A stretch of 64,000 bases of DNA from Synechococcus sp. AG-686-B21 (GCA_003210375.1 QCVM01000001.1:8126-72125); one strand, 5' to 3'; counted from the stretch's first letter, positions 1-11,264 are shown. Numbers and translations: made by a program. The notes: generated from the sequence alone by a model not told the origin.

Positions 1-153
1 CAGTTGCAACCACGACAAACAGGTCCACCCTGCTGATTGTCCTGGTGAAGCCTCGGTGATCTGGAGAAAGTCAGGCAGCACCTCAGATGCTGCGGCACCC
101 GCCTGGTAGCGAGCCATGGCCTGATCGAACAGGTTGTCCTCGGAGGACTCCAT
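1..153 (-). CDS. Conserved cyanobacterial TPR-like protein, N-terminal part (runs off window edge)
   Basis: Manual translation from CAT at 151-153: MESSEDNLFDQAMARYQAGAAASEVLPDFLQITEASPGQSAGWTCLSWLQL, open to the edge; not in ORF track. Confidence 0.7.
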   Translation of the reverse strand, partial: MESSEDNLFDQAMARYQAGAAASEVLPDFLQITEASPGQSAGWTCLSWLQL

Positions 154-209
154 CGACGGTGAAGAGGCGTTGTATCTACTCAGATTCCCATGCGACTTCG
201 TCGTTGCAA

Positions 210-602
210 TCAAACAGCAAACGAACTTCCACAGCCGCAGGTTTGCGTGGCGTTGGGATTGGTGAAGTTGAAGCCACCGCCAATAAGCGCGGTACTGAAG
301 TCGAGCTGCATGCCGTAGATGTACAGCAGGCTCTTGGGATCACAGATCACACGGAATCCCTGGCCATCGGATGCTTCGTAGTCGTAGCTCTCGTCGTCGT
401 CGAGGGCGTCGGAGGCAGGCACGAAATCCATCGTGTAGCTCATGCCGCTGCAGCCACCTGAGCGCACCCCTACCCGCAGCACCTGATTGCTTCCTTGATC
501 TCCGCAAAGCTTTGCTAGCTGTTGCATTGCCGGTTCTGTAATCAGAATCCCTTTGCCGTCTTTGGCGGTATGGGTCGGCATCGTGGTGGTTGTTGTGGTC
601 AT
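210..602 (-). CDS. iscA: Fe-S cluster assembly accessory protein, HesB/IscA family
   Basis: GGCSGMSY and CGCGSSF motifs; start trimmed to MTTTTT. Confidence 0.93.
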   Translation of the reverse strand: MTTTTTTMPTHTAKDGKGILITEPAMQQLAKLCGDQGSNQVLRVGVRSGGCSGMSYTMDFVPASDALDDDESYDYEASDGQGFRVICDPKSLLYIYGMQLDFSTALIGGGFNFTNPNATQTCGCGSSFAV

Positions 603-672
603 GGTTGCCGCGGACTCGAGCCCCAGTCTATGGAGGTTGATACATAGAGTCGACTGAGTTGAACGTCTCAAG

Positions 673-2139
673 GTGCGGGTCGCGATTGTCGGTTCCGGTC
701 TCGCTGGCCTCACCGCTGCAGTTGATCTTGTTGATGCGGGCCATGAGGTGAACCTCTACGAAGCACGTCCGTTTATGGGCGGCAAAGTAGGCAGTTGGGA
801 AGACCCGGACGGCAACCACATCGAAATGGGGCTCCACGTCTTCTTTTTCAACTACGCCAATCTCTTCGCCTTAATGAAAAAGGTGGGGGCCTTTGAAAAT
901 CTGTTGCCGAAGGATCACACCCACTTGTTTGTGAACGAAGGGGGTGACTTGCGTGAGCTTGATTTTCGCTTCCCGATTGGTGCTCCCTTCAATGGATTGA
1001 AGGCGTTTTTCACAACGCCACAGCTCAGTTGGATCGACAAGCTGCGCAACGCCTTAGCGCTTGGCACCAGTCCCATCGTGCGTGGGTTGGTGGATTACGA
1101 GGGCGCGATGCGTACGATTCGCGCCTTGGATTCAGTCAGCTTCCAGGATTGGTTTGTGGGGCATGGCGGCAGTGCTGAGAGCATCCGTCGCATGTGGAAT
1201 CCGATTGCGTATGCGCTGGGATTCATCGATTGCGAAGCGATTTCGGCACGCTGCATGCTCACGATTTTCATGATGTTTGCCTCAAAAACTGAGGCATCGA
1301 AGTTGAACCTGCTCAAGGGGTCACCTCATCGCTGGCTGACCGGTCCAATCCTTGATTACATCCAGGCTCGTGGCGCCAAATTGCATCTACGCCATCGGGT
1401 GAAGGATGTTCAGTATTCGGATGGTGAAAATCCAGTTGTGACCGGTCTTCTGTTGGGAACACCGGACGGCGACACCAGAGTGGATGCCGATATTTATTTG
1501 GCCGCGTGTGATGTTCCGGGTATTCAGAGGCTGTTGCCGGAGGCTTGGCGCAAATTCCCTCAATTCGATGCTCTATACCAGCTTGAGGCCGTGCCAGTGG
1601 CCACGGTGCAGCTGCGTTACGACGGTTGGGTAACTGAACTCAACGACGAGCATGAGAGCCAGCGTCGAGATCTCAACAACCCCACTGGTTTAAACAACCT
1701 GCTTTACACGGCTGATGCAGATTTCAGCTGTTTTGCTGATCTCGCACTCGCCAGTCCGGAGGATTACCGCAAAGAGGGTGAGGGCTCCCTTTTGCAGTGT
1801 GTTCTCACACCGGGAGATCCTTGGATCCCCAAATCAGTGGATGACATCGTTGCCCATACAGATCGCCAGGTGCGAGCTCTTTTCCCTTCAGCCCACAACC
1901 TCAAGCTCACTTGGAGCAATGTTGTGAAACTGGCCCAATCGCTGTATCGCGAGGCACCTGGAATGGAGCCCTATCGCCCTGATCAGCGCACACCTATCGG
2001 CAATTTCTTTTTGGCCGGCAGCTACACCAAACAGGACTACATCGATTCCATGGAAGGAGCAACGATGAGTGGCCATTTAGCGGCTGCTGCCATCCTCGAT
2101 CAGCCCGCCAAGTTGGCGACAAACGCAGCGGTGGCCTAG
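673..2139 (+). CDS. zds: Zeta-carotene desaturase
   Basis: GSGLAG dinucleotide fold, [23 protein letters not shown]. Confidence 0.93.
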   Translation: MRVAIVGSGLAGLTAAVDLVDAGHEVNLYEARPFMGGKVGSWEDPDGNHIEMGLHVFFFNYANLFALMKKVGAFENLLPKDHTHLFVNEGGDLRELDFRFPIGAPFNGLKAFFTTPQLSWIDKLRNALALGTSPIVRGLVDYEGAMRTIRALDSVSFQDWFVGHGGSAESIRRMWNPIAYALGFIDCEAISARCMLTIFMMFASKTEASKLNLLKGSPHRWLTGPILDYIQARGAKLHLRHRVKDVQYSDGENPVVTGLLLGTPDGDTRVDADIYLAACDVPGIQRLLPEAWRKFPQFDALYQLEAVPVATVQLRYDGWVTELNDEHESQRRDLNNPTGLNNLLYTADADFSCFADLALASPEDYRKEGEGSLLQCVLTPGDPWIPKSVDDIVAHTDRQVRALFPSAHNLKLTWSNVVKLAQSLYREAPGMEPYRPDQRTPIGNFFLAGSYTKQDYIDSMEGATMSGHLAAAAILDQPAKLATNAAVA

Positions 2140-2580
2140 ATGGGACGCTGGCTAGAAAACATGGTAACGACGGAAGTTCAGGCCTCTGCAGACAAGGTTT
2201 GGACTGTGTGGAGCGACCTTGAGGCCATGCCGAAGTGGATGCGTTGGATTGAATCGGTAAAAACCCAGGACGATGATCCTGATCTCACCGATTGGATCCT
2301 TGCTGCCCAGGGTTTTCGATTCACTTGGAAAGCGCGGATCACTCAGCGTGTGGAAGAGCAACAACTGCATTGGTCATCGGTCGGTGGGTTGCCCACCAAG
2401 GGTGCGGTGCGCTTTTACCCCCAAACGCCGGACTGCACCGTTGTGAAGCTCAGCGTGAGTTACGAACTACCCAGGGTCTTGGCACCGTTGATGGATCCAA
2501 GCATCTTGGGGGGGATTGTGACGAAGGAGCTTCAGGCGAACCTTGACCGTTTCCGTGATCTGGTGGAAGTCGACGGCTAA
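2140..2580 (+). CDS. SRPBCC/polyketide cyclase family protein
   Basis: VWSDLEAMPKWMRWIESV and LQANLDRFRDLVE; abuts zds. Confidence 0.85.
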   Translation: MGRWLENMVTTEVQASADKVWTVWSDLEAMPKWMRWIESVKTQDDDPDLTDWILAAQGFRFTWKARITQRVEEQQLHWSSVGGLPTKGAVRFYPQTPDCTVVKLSVSYELPRVLAPLMDPSILGGIVTKELQANLDRFRDLVEVDG

Positions 2581-2590
2581 GGCTGGCTTG

Positions 2591-3097
2591 ATGCAGGGCA
2601 TTGGCGGGTTGGTGCTGGTCATTGGCCTCTCCTCTTGTGGAGGCCAGTCGTCCAATCCCCCTTCTGCCAAAAGTGGTGTCCCACCCTTGGCCCCGCAGTC
2701 TCAGCAGAGCGATGCTCCATCGCTGCTTATGAAACCGCCACTGGGGTCTGCGGTGATCGGTTTAAAACCACTGCCGACAACTCAACAGGTGCAGGATGCG
2801 GTGCGATTGGGACGAACTGACCCTTTCAGTCCCCTACCGGTTGCACCTGGAGCTGATCAGCCTGCCTCTGGGGGCTCCCGTTTGTTGGGTGTCCTGACTG
2901 TGGGTACGCAAACGCGGGCGCTGTTTGCCTTCGGGACGAAGCTTGGTGAAATTTGTGTTGGTCCTCGCGGTCATTGTTCTACGGATCATCCCCTCGTCCT
3001 GCCTGAGGGGTGGTCGGTGCTGACCATTGATGATCAGAACGGTTGTGTTCAGTTAGCTGAGAACGGTAAAGCTCAGGATTTGCTCTGCATCACTTGA
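2591..3097 (+). CDS. Hypothetical lipoprotein (PilP-like GRxDPF motif)
   Basis: Lipobox-like LSSC, Pro-rich linker, GRTDPFSPL; start uncertain. Confidence 0.6.
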   Translation: MQGIGGLVLVIGLSSCGGQSSNPPSAKSGVPPLAPQSQQSDAPSLLMKPPLGSAVIGLKPLPTTQQVQDAVRLGRTDPFSPLPVAPGADQPASGGSRLLGVLTVGTQTRALFAFGTKLGEICVGPRGHCSTDHPLVLPEGWSVLTIDDQNGCVQLAENGKAQDLLCIT

Positions 3098-3891
3098 GTG
3101 CAGGCGTTGACTAGGCCCTCCAGGTCGTGGGGATCTGCTTCTGCATCCACACGGCCAAAGTGTTCATGGCAGCTGCGGCTGGTTTGAGGCCCGATCGACA
3201 CCACGGCAACACCGTTTAAATGTTGTTCCCATCCGCTCCCGAAGCGCTTCTCCATGAGCTGAGCGGTATGCAATGCAGTTTTACCGCTGGTGAAGGCGAT
3301 GGCATCCACCGCACCATCGGCTAGGGCCGCGGCGGCTGGTTCTGCCATGTGTTCTGGGCAGCGGGAGTCGTAGGCGGCAACCTCCACCACGCGCACCCCT
3401 GCTTCGCCGAAGGCATCGGCCAACACTGTTCTGCCGCCATGTTGAACCCTGGGCAGAAGCATGGTTAATCCCCAGCCGGATACGGGGAAATGATCAATCA
3501 AACTTTCAGCAACAAAGTTGGGAGGCACGAAATCGGCAGGGGCTCCAAGCTCCTCGAGAAGCCGTGCTGTCTTCCGTCCAACGGCTGCAATTTTTAGGCC
3601 CTTGGGCAGCCGGCATAGGCTGCGCTGCTGTCGTTGCAGTCGTTGTTCAACGGCCAAGACACCATTGGCACTGGAAAACACCAGCCAATGAAAATTGTCG
3701 AGGTCTGCTAAGGCATCGTCCAGAGGGCCCCAGTAGTCTGGGGGAACGATCACCAGTGCTGGTAAGTCAAGAACGTTGGCCCCCTTGGCCTCGAGGAGTT
3801 TTCTGGCCTCTCCCTGCTGCTCGGCCGCACGCGTAACTACCACAGTGCGGTGTTGCAGTGGCTGGTGCGAGGTTGAGTCGCGGAGGCTCAT
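3073..3891 (-). CDS. hemD: Uroporphyrinogen-III synthase
   Basis: VVVTRA, FSSANGV, AVGRKTA, SIGPQTS. Confidence 0.92.
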   Translation of the reverse strand: MSLRDSTSHQPLQHRTVVVTRAAEQQGEARKLLEAKGANVLDLPALVIVPPDYWGPLDDALADLDNFHWLVFSSANGVLAVEQRLQRQQRSLCRLPKGLKIAAVGRKTARLLEELGAPADFVPPNFVAESLIDHFPVSGWGLTMLLPRVQHGGRTVLADAFGEAGVRVVEVAAYDSRCPEHMAEPAAAALADGAVDAIAFTSGKTALHTAQLMEKRFGSGWEQHLNGVAVVSIGPQTSRSCHEHFGRVDAEADPHDLEGLVNACTQVMQSKS

Positions 3892-5090
3892 ACCATCAGC
3901 TCCGCATCAAGTTTCACGATTCCTTGAATTTTGTCGCGCAGTTGGCGGGCCTCATCGGCGCGACCTTGGGCCGCCAAGAGTTCAATCGCCTTCCGAAAAC
4001 CGTCGCGGGCGGCTTCGATATCACCGCCGAGCAACCTGGCCACAGCATGGTTTTGATGGCAGGCGGCGTTGTTGGGATCCAAGGCAAGGGAACGGCCATA
4101 GGCATCGAGGGCCGCGGCGATGTCGCCTTTCTTGCGGAGCATCAAGCCGAGGTTGTACCAACCCAAGGCCACTTCCGGAGCCCGTTGCGTGGCGGTTTGG
4201 GTGAGTTGGATCGCTTCTTCGAGTTGGTCGTGTTCCATCAATCGCGCGGCCAGGTTGAGGCGAGCGCCAAGGGTGATGCGGGTGTCCAGTGGTATGTCCA
4301 GGGCTTGGCGATAGAAGGCCATGGCCTCATCTGGGTTGGATTTGGATAGCGCTAAACCGAGATGCAGGAGCAGTTCATAACGTTCGCTGCTCTGGGCGGT
4401 GGCGCCTTCAAGGCCTTGGCGCAAGAGCGGAATCGCCTCTGACTCGCGTCCTTCGCTGATCAAAAGTCCCCCGAGCTTGGCGCATGCGTAGGGGTCGCCA
4501 GGGTGTTCTTTGAGGTCGTCCTCCATGGCCTCACGCAGCCGGTCGGCTTTGTCGGAACCAGCGAGAAGTTCAGGCCTGTAACCGTCATGAAGGATGGCGG
4601 GTTCACTGCAATCCGCGATGCGCCACTGGGGCTCTGCTGTGGTGAGAGCCTGCACGCTCTCATCGATCATCGAGTGGTAAGGGCGACTCCACTGAATGCT
4701 GGGATGACGGCGAAACAACCGACTGACGCTGGAATAAGGAGCCATGGCTGCTCCGATTTCATAGCGGAGCAGGTTGATCACCAGCACATCGGGCTGGGCC
4801 ATCAAGGCTTTCAAAGACGGGATCACCTCCGGCCGAAGTTGTTCATCCGCATCGAGCACCAGCACCCAATCGCCCTTGAGGTATTGGAGAGCGTGGTTGC
4901 GGGCAGGAGCAAAATCCCCAGGCCATTCCATCCGTTCGACGCGCGCCCCGGCTTGTTCGGCGATGGCCACGGTGGCGTCAACGGAACCGGTGTCCACCAG
5001 CACCATTTCATCGGCGAACCCCTTCACGGAGGCCAGGCAGGCCGCCAGTCGTGCTTCCTCGTTGCGCACGATCATGGAAAGGCTGAGCAT
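3888..5090 (-). CDS. GT2 glycosyltransferase with C-terminal TPR repeats
   Basis: LSMIVRNEE, VDTGSVD, LDADE; TPR-like GWYNLGLML. Confidence 0.9.
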   Translation of the reverse strand: MLSLSMIVRNEEARLAACLASVKGFADEMVLVDTGSVDATVAIAEQAGARVERMEWPGDFAPARNHALQYLKGDWVLVLDADEQLRPEVIPSLKALMAQPDVLVINLLRYEIGAAMAPYSSVSRLFRRHPSIQWSRPYHSMIDESVQALTTAEPQWRIADCSEPAILHDGYRPELLAGSDKADRLREAMEDDLKEHPGDPYACAKLGGLLISEGRESEAIPLLRQGLEGATAQSSERYELLLHLGLALSKSNPDEAMAFYRQALDIPLDTRITLGARLNLAARLMEHDQLEEAIQLTQTATQRAPEVALGWYNLGLMLRKKGDIAAALDAYGRSLALDPNNAACHQNHAVARLLGGDIEAARDGFRKAIELLAAQGRADEARQLRDKIQGIVKLDAELMV

Positions 5091-5126
5091 CAGTTGCGGC
5101 CGTTGGATCGGCAGAGGTTAAAGCGC

Positions 5127-6743
5127 TTAGTCGGTGAAGTAAGTGTTACTGGTTGTGGTGTGTGAGCGGTTCAGCAGAGTCGTTAAAACCTGTCGTTGTG
5201 CTTCAGGCATTTGTCCTGGGCTGTAGGCGGCAGGTATGTCGGGGTTCAGCACGGTTTTCAGTTGCTCCCAAGCGTAGGGACTTCCATAGATCACAAGACC
5301 AGCCAGTCGATCGAGGCGTTGTAACTGCTGCACCGCTGCCGACCACGGCTCGATGCTGTCTTGTGAGCCGCGAAAGGGATTGCCCCGCATGAAGAGTTGC
5401 AGAAGCACCGGACCCTCCCCAAGGCGATCCAGGGCCAGGGGGGCATCGGTTTGGTGTTGCCAAGGGGAGATGCTTTGGCTGTGGATAACCAGGCTCTTGA
5501 ATCCTTGACCTTCGGGTAGGCGAAGGGCCGGCGCTGTGCCACTGAGAACAGGGCAAGGAAAGAGGCCATCCACCCGGATTAAGTTGACGCCTTGGCTCGC
5601 TTTGATGCCGGTGCTGGGTTGGAGATGAAGGCAAGCAGCAACGAGCTCCTGTTCCAGGGTGCGCTCTGCTTCTGAGGGGAGAGGGGTGTCTTGCGGCTGG
5701 TCTGGTGCTTGGGGCTTTTGGATCCGCTCAAGGGCTTGGCGCCGCCGTTGCAGTGAAGTCGCTAAGCGCTGCTCGGGCAGCCGTCCGCTGCTGAAGGCTT
5801 CACACAAACCGCTGATCGCGGCATCGGCATCGGCGGGCATCAAAAGCAAATCGGCGCCGGCTTCAAAGGCCAGCACTGCGGCCTCCGCAGCTCCATGGCG
5901 CTTGGTGATGGCTTCCATGACGAGGGCATCGGTCACCACCAAACCGTCAAAGTGCAAGTCGTCGCGTAGCAGGTTGGTGAGCACCGCTTTGGAAAGCGTT
6001 GCGGGATGGGCTTGATCCAGCTCTGGGAGCAGGAGGTGGGCTGTCATCACGCTGTCGACGCCGGCGGCAATCACCTCCCGAAACGGCGGGAGTTCAAGAT
6101 TCGCCAATCGCTCCGGGCTATGGGGAAGGACGGGAAGGTCGAGATGCGAGTCGCTGCTCGTGTCTCCGTGGCCTGGGAAGTGCTTGGCACAACCCAACAC
6201 CCCAGTTCGGCTGAGTCCGCGTTGAAATGCAGCAGCAAGTGCTCCGGCCGTGGGGGCATCTTCTCCCCAAGCCCGCACATTGATCACCGGATTGGCGGGG
6301 TTGTTGTTCACGTCGCAAACGGGCCCGAGCACCCAGTTCAGTCCGCAGCGGCGCGCCTGGTCTCCGGTGCAACGGCCATAGCGCTCGGCGAAGTCCAAGG
6401 CTCGCTTCGGCTCGTGTTGATACAACCGGCCGAGAGCTAGCGGTGGGACCAGCCAGCTGCCCCCTTCAAAGCGTTGGCCAACCCCCTCTTCCACATCCGC
6501 ACAGAGCAAAAGCGGTTGATCACTCCATCGCCGCAACATCAAAGTGCGCTGTTGCAATTCCACAGCGCTTCCCCCCAACAGGATCACCCCCCCGACGCCT
6601 TGTTGGAGGAGACGTTGCAGATCTGTGTTGCTGAGTTCCCAGCGGGGATAGCGACGTTGTTGATCGGCGAGGTGGCCACTGGCTCGGACTACGATCAGCT
6701 CGGCGACCTGTCGCTGCAATCGATCAGTCGGGCTGGTGCTCAT
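5127..6743 (-). CDS. nagZ: Glycoside hydrolase family 3, beta-N-acetylhexosaminidase
   Basis: [14 protein letters not shown] signature, DVEEG, VTDALVM; start trimmed to MSTSP. Confidence 0.85.
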   Translation of the reverse strand: MSTSPTDRLQRQVAELIVVRASGHLADQQRRYPRWELSNTDLQRLLQQGVGGVILLGGSAVELQQRTLMLRRWSDQPLLLCADVEEGVGQRFEGGSWLVPPLALGRLYQHEPKRALDFAERYGRCTGDQARRCGLNWVLGPVCDVNNNPANPVINVRAWGEDAPTAGALAAAFQRGLSRTGVLGCAKHFPGHGDTSSDSHLDLPVLPHSPERLANLELPPFREVIAAGVDSVMTAHLLLPELDQAHPATLSKAVLTNLLRDDLHFDGLVVTDALVMEAITKRHGAAEAAVLAFEAGADLLLMPADADAAISGLCEAFSSGRLPEQRLATSLQRRRQALERIQKPQAPDQPQDTPLPSEAERTLEQELVAACLHLQPSTGIKASQGVNLIRVDGLFPCPVLSGTAPALRLPEGQGFKSLVIHSQSISPWQHQTDAPLALDRLGEGPVLLQLFMRGNPFRGSQDSIEPWSAAVQQLQRLDRLAGLVIYGSPYAWEQLKTVLNPDIPAAYSPGQMPEAQRQVLTTLLNRSHTTTSNTYFTD

Positions 6744-7128
6744 CGCTTCCCAGGGGGATTTCACCGCGTTCTTGGCGTTGATCTTCGAGCTGGTTGAGCA
6801 GCCCAAGCACGGATGTTCCCTTCTCGAGGCCGCGATCCAGTTGAAACTTCACCTCGGGGGCTCGACGCATTTGCAGTCGTCGCCCGAGTTCACCTCTTAA
6901 GTAACCGCTGGCTGCTTCGAGCCCTTCCAGTACTTCGTTTTGGTCGTTTGGCTCTCCAAAAATGCTCACGAAGATCTTGCAGTGCTGAAGATCTCCAGCC
7001 ACTTCAACCGACGTGATGCTCACCATGCCCTTGTGCACCCGTTCATCGCGGATGCCATTGATCAACAGTTCACTGGTTTCTTTGCGGATCAGGGCTGCGA
7101 CCCGCTCAACCCGACGCCCCTGAGCCAT
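6724..7128 (-). CDS. rbfA: Ribosome-binding factor A
   Basis: [31 protein letters not shown]. Confidence 0.95.
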   Translation of the reverse strand: MAQGRRVERVAALIRKETSELLINGIRDERVHKGMVSITSVEVAGDLQHCKIFVSIFGEPNDQNEVLEGLEAASGYLRGELGRRLQMRRAPEVKFQLDRGLEKGTSVLGLLNQLEDQRQERGEIPLGSDEHQPD

Positions 7129-7334
7129 TACGCCATTGGTACTCCATTCACCATGGCACGTAGCACCAACGAGAGGCTGATGAAACCGCTGATAAGGGCG
7201 CCGATCATCGCCACCGCCGTCACCGGATTGCTGCGTCGCTGGGCGAGAGGTTCAGCCACAGAGTTCATCACCCCGAGCGTGAAGGTGACTAAATAACGCG
7301 GATAACGGGTGACATTGAGGAAAAACTCCCGCAT
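7128..7334 (-). CDS. DUF751 family small membrane protein
   Basis: [13 protein letters not shown]-terminus typical of the family. Confidence 0.85.
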   Translation of the reverse strand: MREFFLNVTRYPRYLVTFTLGVMNSVAEPLAQRRSNPVTAVAMIGALISGFISLSLVLRAMVNGVPMA

Positions 7335-7393
7335 GGTGCTGGCGAGCCCTGGTTTCTGATAGCTACTCTGCCGGGCTTATGGCCTCTTCGGTG

Positions 7394-8119
7394 ATGATGG
7401 AACTGCATCAATTTCGCCATTCCGCTTTCTGCCTGAAGGTTCGGATGGTGCTTCAAGCCAAAGGGCTGAGCTATCGCACCGTTGATGTCACCCCTGGGAT
7501 CGGCCAGGTTGCTGTCTTCCGAATGTCTGGTCAGCGACAGGTTCCCGTCCTGGTGGATGGAGACGTTGTGTTGGCCGATTCTTCTGCGATTGCCCGGCAC
7601 CTTGAGCAGCGAGAACCCAGTTCACCACTGTTCCCTGTGGATCTGCGTGAGGCTGCTCAGGTTCACCTGATCGAGGATTGGGCGGACACAACGCTGGCGG
7701 CGGCTGGACGTTCTGCCCTGATTCAGGCAGCCGCTATGGATGCATCGCTGCGTGTTGCACTTCTCCCCGATGATCTCCCCGATCCGGTCCGCACCGTGAT
7801 GGCTGCCATCCCCGGTGGCTGGGTCGGCAGCGTCACCGAGTTGGTGAATCAGAACGACCGTGCGGATTTGCTCACCAGCCTTGAGCAGTTGTCAGCATCT
7901 GTTCAACACAAACCTTGGCTTGTTGGAGATGCCATGTCGATGGCCGACTTATCTGTGGCGGCACAACTGTCGTTGTTGTGTTTCCCCTCCTCTGGGGGGG
8001 CAGCATTGGCTGGGAAAGGAGTTCCTGGGTTGAGTGATCACCCCAAACTTCAGCCCCTCTTTCAGTGGCGAGACCAGCTGGAGCTCAAGTTGATGGAGCG
8101 GACGCTGGAAGAGGTGTGA
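7394..8119 (+). CDS. Glutathione S-transferase family protein
   Basis: SAFCLKVR, GQRQVPVL, DSSAIARHL. Confidence 0.9.
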   Translation: MMELHQFRHSAFCLKVRMVLQAKGLSYRTVDVTPGIGQVAVFRMSGQRQVPVLVDGDVVLADSSAIARHLEQREPSSPLFPVDLREAAQVHLIEDWADTTLAAAGRSALIQAAAMDASLRVALLPDDLPDPVRTVMAAIPGGWVGSVTELVNQNDRADLLTSLEQLSASVQHKPWLVGDAMSMADLSVAAQLSLLCFPSSGGAALAGKGVPGLSDHPKLQPLFQWRDQLELKLMERTLEEV

Positions 8120-8759
8120 ACCGCAGCTGGTAGTGGTGGCTGCTTTTGATGGTGTCACGCAAACTTTCTCCTGGCGGGGAGTAAATCCCCTGCCACTGCT
8201 CGGCGCAGATCGCTGAACCGCAGCGCTGATAGCGGCTGAGGGTTTCCACCTGACTCAACCTTGGGGGGCCTGGAGCATGGAGGATTTGCAACACCAGCTC
8301 GTCGGCCAGGAAAGTGTTGGCATCGGGGGATTGCTGTTTTCTGCCGGTCACCGTGGTTTCCAGGCGTCGATCGCCACTGAGCTGTGCCATCTGCCGGTTG
8401 GATGATTTGGGGTCGTTCTCGACGCGCAGCAGCTGTTCGCCGAGCAGGGCGCGACCGATGGCAATGGCGTTGAAGGCGCGATCGCCCACAAGCCTGTTTT
8501 GGCTGTCGGAAATGAAGCGCGCCTCGTGGGTGATGGCGGGCTGGTCGAGGGCGTCGAGGTCGATATTTTCCACTTGCCATCGGCCCTGGAACCACTGCGG
8601 ATAGATCAGGTCGTCACGGCTGGAGGGGCGGCTGAGAGGGGCCGGCAACGTCCAGTTGGGCCACAGTTCCAGCCTTTGCTCCAGAGGCGATGCCCAGGCG
8701 GGGGATCCACCGAGCAGGATGGAGAAACCGATCAGAAGCGCAAGCAAGTCACGGCCCAT
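8085..8759 (-). CDS. Conserved cyanobacterial exported hypothetical protein (DUF6816-like)
   Basis: Signal peptide; DLIYPQWFQGRW and DRAFNA motifs. Confidence 0.75.
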   Translation of the reverse strand: MGRDLLALLIGFSILLGGSPAWASPLEQRLELWPNWTLPAPLSRPSSRDDLIYPQWFQGRWQVENIDLDALDQPAITHEARFISDSQNRLVGDRAFNAIAIGRALLGEQLLRVENDPKSSNRQMAQLSGDRRLETTVTGRKQQSPDANTFLADELVLQILHAPGPPRLSQVETLSRYQRCGSAICAEQWQGIYSPPGESLRDTIKSSHHYQLRFTPLPASAPST

Positions 8760-9024
8760 GTCTGATCCTTTGATTCGTGCTTGTGACGACTATGTGGTGT
8801 TGGAACCCGGCAAGCCTGAACAGCTGCTCGATGTTGCAAACACCCTGGCATGGCTGAGTGGCTGGTTGCAGACGATGGATCAGTTGCCAGCCGACTTGGC
8901 TGATCAAGCGAGTGTGGAGGCAGCTGCCCAGAGGTTGCTGGATACAGCCTGTGATTTGGAGCTCAGTCCGGGAGTTTCGATTCAGTGGTTTGCGGTGCGC
9001 CTGGAGCCACCATCAACGCTCTGA
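8758..9024 (+). CDS. Chlororespiratory reduction protein 7 (NDH-1 assembly, DUF3571)
   Basis: MSDPLIR...YVVLEPG...CDLELSPG...QWFAVRLE. Confidence 0.85.
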   Translation: MSDPLIRACDDYVVLEPGKPEQLLDVANTLAWLSGWLQTMDQLPADLADQASVEAAAQRLLDTACDLELSPGVSIQWFAVRLEPPSTL

Positions 9025-9040
9025 TATCAAGGCTCTGAAA

Positions 9041-9616
9041 TCAGCGCTCGCGTTTTTGGGTTGGATCTTTGAGGAGTCCGGGAAGCAGTTGCAAGATGCC
9101 GTCGGCGACGGCTTCCGCTGTTTCGTTGTTGATCACCACCGTGAGATCCGCTTCGCCGTAAAGAGGCCGTCTTTGCTGAAGGAGCGTGTCCAGCGCTGCT
9201 TCGGGGTCTGGCTGTTGCAACAGCGGACGCAGGGTGGAGTCGTCCCGCAAGCGCGCGAGTAGTTGGCCCCGATCCACATCAAGCCAAACCACGATGCCGC
9301 TGTGCAGTTGTCCCCAGTTTTCTGGCGTGGTCACGACCCCACCGCCTGTGGCCACCACTAATGAATGGCGCTGACTGATGGTGTTGAGCACTTGCCGTTC
9401 GATGGCGCGAAAGCCTGCTTCTCCATCCCGTTCAAAAATGGCTGGAATCGTGCAGCCGGCAGCTTGTTCGATGACGGCATCGGCATCGACAAAGCCGTAA
9501 CCCAGACGTTTCGCTAGGGGGCGTCCAGTGCTGGTTTTGCCGCTTCCCATCATTCCGATGAGGTAGATGCTGCGTCCGCTTAGGCGTTGTTTTAGGGAAA
9601 GATTGAGGGCTGCCAT
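9041..9616 (-). CDS. aroK: Shikimate kinase
   Basis: GMMGSGKT Walker A, GEAGFR, ATGGG, RPLL. Confidence 0.95.
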   Translation of the reverse strand: MAALNLSLKQRLSGRSIYLIGMMGSGKTSTGRPLAKRLGYGFVDADAVIEQAAGCTIPAIFERDGEAGFRAIERQVLNTISQRHSLVVATGGGVVTTPENWGQLHSGIVVWLDVDRGQLLARLRDDSTLRPLLQQPDPEAALDTLLQQRRPLYGEADLTVVINNETAEAVADGILQLLPGLLKDPTQKRER

Positions 9617-9667
9617 CGCTCGAAATTGCCGTTAGCTCATTAGGATGCTCCCCGGCCGGAATGTCAC

Positions 9668-10588
9668 ATGACTGAAATGAAGTCGATTGCCCGGCATGGC
9701 CAGGGCCGTTCTTGCGTGATCACGCGACGGGCCTGTTTCAGTGCCAGCCATCGTTACTGGTTGCCGGAGCTATCAGCAGACGACAATGCTGCGCGCTTTG
9801 GTCCCTGTAGTTTCGCGCCAGGTCATGGTCACAACTATGAGCTGATCGTTTCGATGGCGGGCGACTTGGATGCCCATGGCATGGTGTTGAACCTCTCTGA
9901 GGTGAAGCATGCGATCCGCGCTGAGGTCACGGGTCAGCTCGACTTCCGCTTCTTGAATGAAGTTTGGCCTGAATTTGATGTGTCAGGTCCGGAGGGTTGC
10001 CTCCCCACCACTGAGGCACTGGTGCGAACGATTTGGCATCGCCTTCGCGCTCACCTTCCGATCACGGCATTACGCCTTTACGAACAACAGGGCCTCTGGG
10101 CCGACTATCTCGGAGATCCCATGGACGCATTTCTCACCATCCGCACCCATTTCGCGGCAGCCCATCGCTTGGCGCGACCAGAGTTGAGTCAGGAAGAGAA
10201 CGAGCAGATCTATGGCAAGTGCGCCCGGCCCCATGGCCATGGGCACAACTACTTGGTGGACATCACAGTGCGTGGTGGGATCGACCCGCGCACCGGAATG
10301 GTTTGTGACTTGTCGGCCCTGCAACGGCTCGTCGATGATTTGGTTGTTGAGCCTTTCGATCACACGTTTCTGAACAAAGACGTGCAGTTTTTTGCTGAGT
10401 GTGTTCCCACCGCAGAAAACATTGCGCTGCACATTGCCGATCGCCTCTCAACTCCGATCAAGGCGATCGGAGCCCATCTGCACAAGGTGCGTCTCCAAGA
10501 GAGCCCCAATAACGCTGCAGAGGTGTATGCCGAAGTGCCGCAGCTCGAGATGCTTCCTGCTGTGATGGATGCCGTTGCAGCCATCTGA
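9668..10588 (+). CDS. queD: 6-carboxytetrahydropterin synthase, two tandem T-fold domains
   Basis: Two copies of CxxxxGHGHNY and PT(T/A)E. Confidence 0.88.
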   Translation: MTEMKSIARHGQGRSCVITRRACFSASHRYWLPELSADDNAARFGPCSFAPGHGHNYELIVSMAGDLDAHGMVLNLSEVKHAIRAEVTGQLDFRFLNEVWPEFDVSGPEGCLPTTEALVRTIWHRLRAHLPITALRLYEQQGLWADYLGDPMDAFLTIRTHFAAAHRLARPELSQEENEQIYGKCARPHGHGHNYLVDITVRGGIDPRTGMVCDLSALQRLVDDLVVEPFDHTFLNKDVQFFAECVPTAENIALHIADRLSTPIKAIGAHLHKVRLQESPNNAAEVYAEVPQLEMLPAVMDAVAAI

Positions 10589-11261
10589 CCGCCCGGAGGT
10601 TCGCTTGGTCTTGGCCATCAGTCTTGATGGCCGATTGGCTCCAGCCGAAGGAGGGGCAGCGCATCTCGGGGGTGAGGGTGATCGAGTTGCTCTCGACCAA
10701 GCGCTGGCTTGGGCCGATGCTTGTCTGATCGGTGCCGGCACTCTTAGGGCGCATCAGTGCACCTGTTTAATTCGAAGCCGCACTCTGGTGAACCAACGGC
10801 TTGCTACCGGACGCCCGGCTCACCCAGCCGCGGTGATTGTGAGTCGCTCTCCTGATTTTTTAATGTCTTGGAGGTTCTTTCAGCAGCCGCTCTGCCGTTG
10901 GCTTGTCGCTCCTGCACCCATGGACGATGGATTCGACCGTTGGATTCCGCTTGCCGACTCCTGGCCCGAGCAACTCACGGATCTTGGCGCCGCTGGAATC
11001 CATCGGCTGGTGCTCCTCGGTGGTGCCCAGCTAGCGGCGGATCTGTTGGCGGCCGACTGCATTGATGGGTTGCGGCTCACCCTTGTGCCACGGGTGCTGG
11101 GTGGGTCGAATACTTGGCTGCCAACAGGGTTGTCTGCTTTGCCAGAGAGCCTTACGGCGCCTAATGCGTGGCATGCTGAGGGAGCCGAACTGTTGGGTGA
11201 GGGGGAGTGGTTGCTCCGTTATCGAAGGCTGCGAGCTGGCGCTGGATCAGTTGAGCTCTGA
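10569..11261 (+). CDS. RibD C-terminal / dihydrofolate reductase-like protein
   Basis: AISLDGRL, IGAGTLR, LLGGAQL; no deaminase domain. Confidence 0.85.
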   Translation: MPLQPSDRPEVRLVLAISLDGRLAPAEGGAAHLGGEGDRVALDQALAWADACLIGAGTLRAHQCTCLIRSRTLVNQRLATGRPAHPAAVIVSRSPDFLMSWRFFQQPLCRWLVAPAPMDDGFDRWIPLADSWPEQLTDLGAAGIHRLVLLGGAQLAADLLAADCIDGLRLTLVPRVLGGSNTWLPTGLSALPESLTAPNAWHAEGAELLGEGEWLLRYRRLRAGAGSVEL

Positions 11262-11264
11262 ATC

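Noticed and set aside
4503..5165. 220-aa plus-strand ORF (likewise 15900-16589, 44367-44951, 45072-45680, 57129-57674)
   Set aside because: Antisense shadows of well-supported genes in GC-rich DNA; no recognisable motifs
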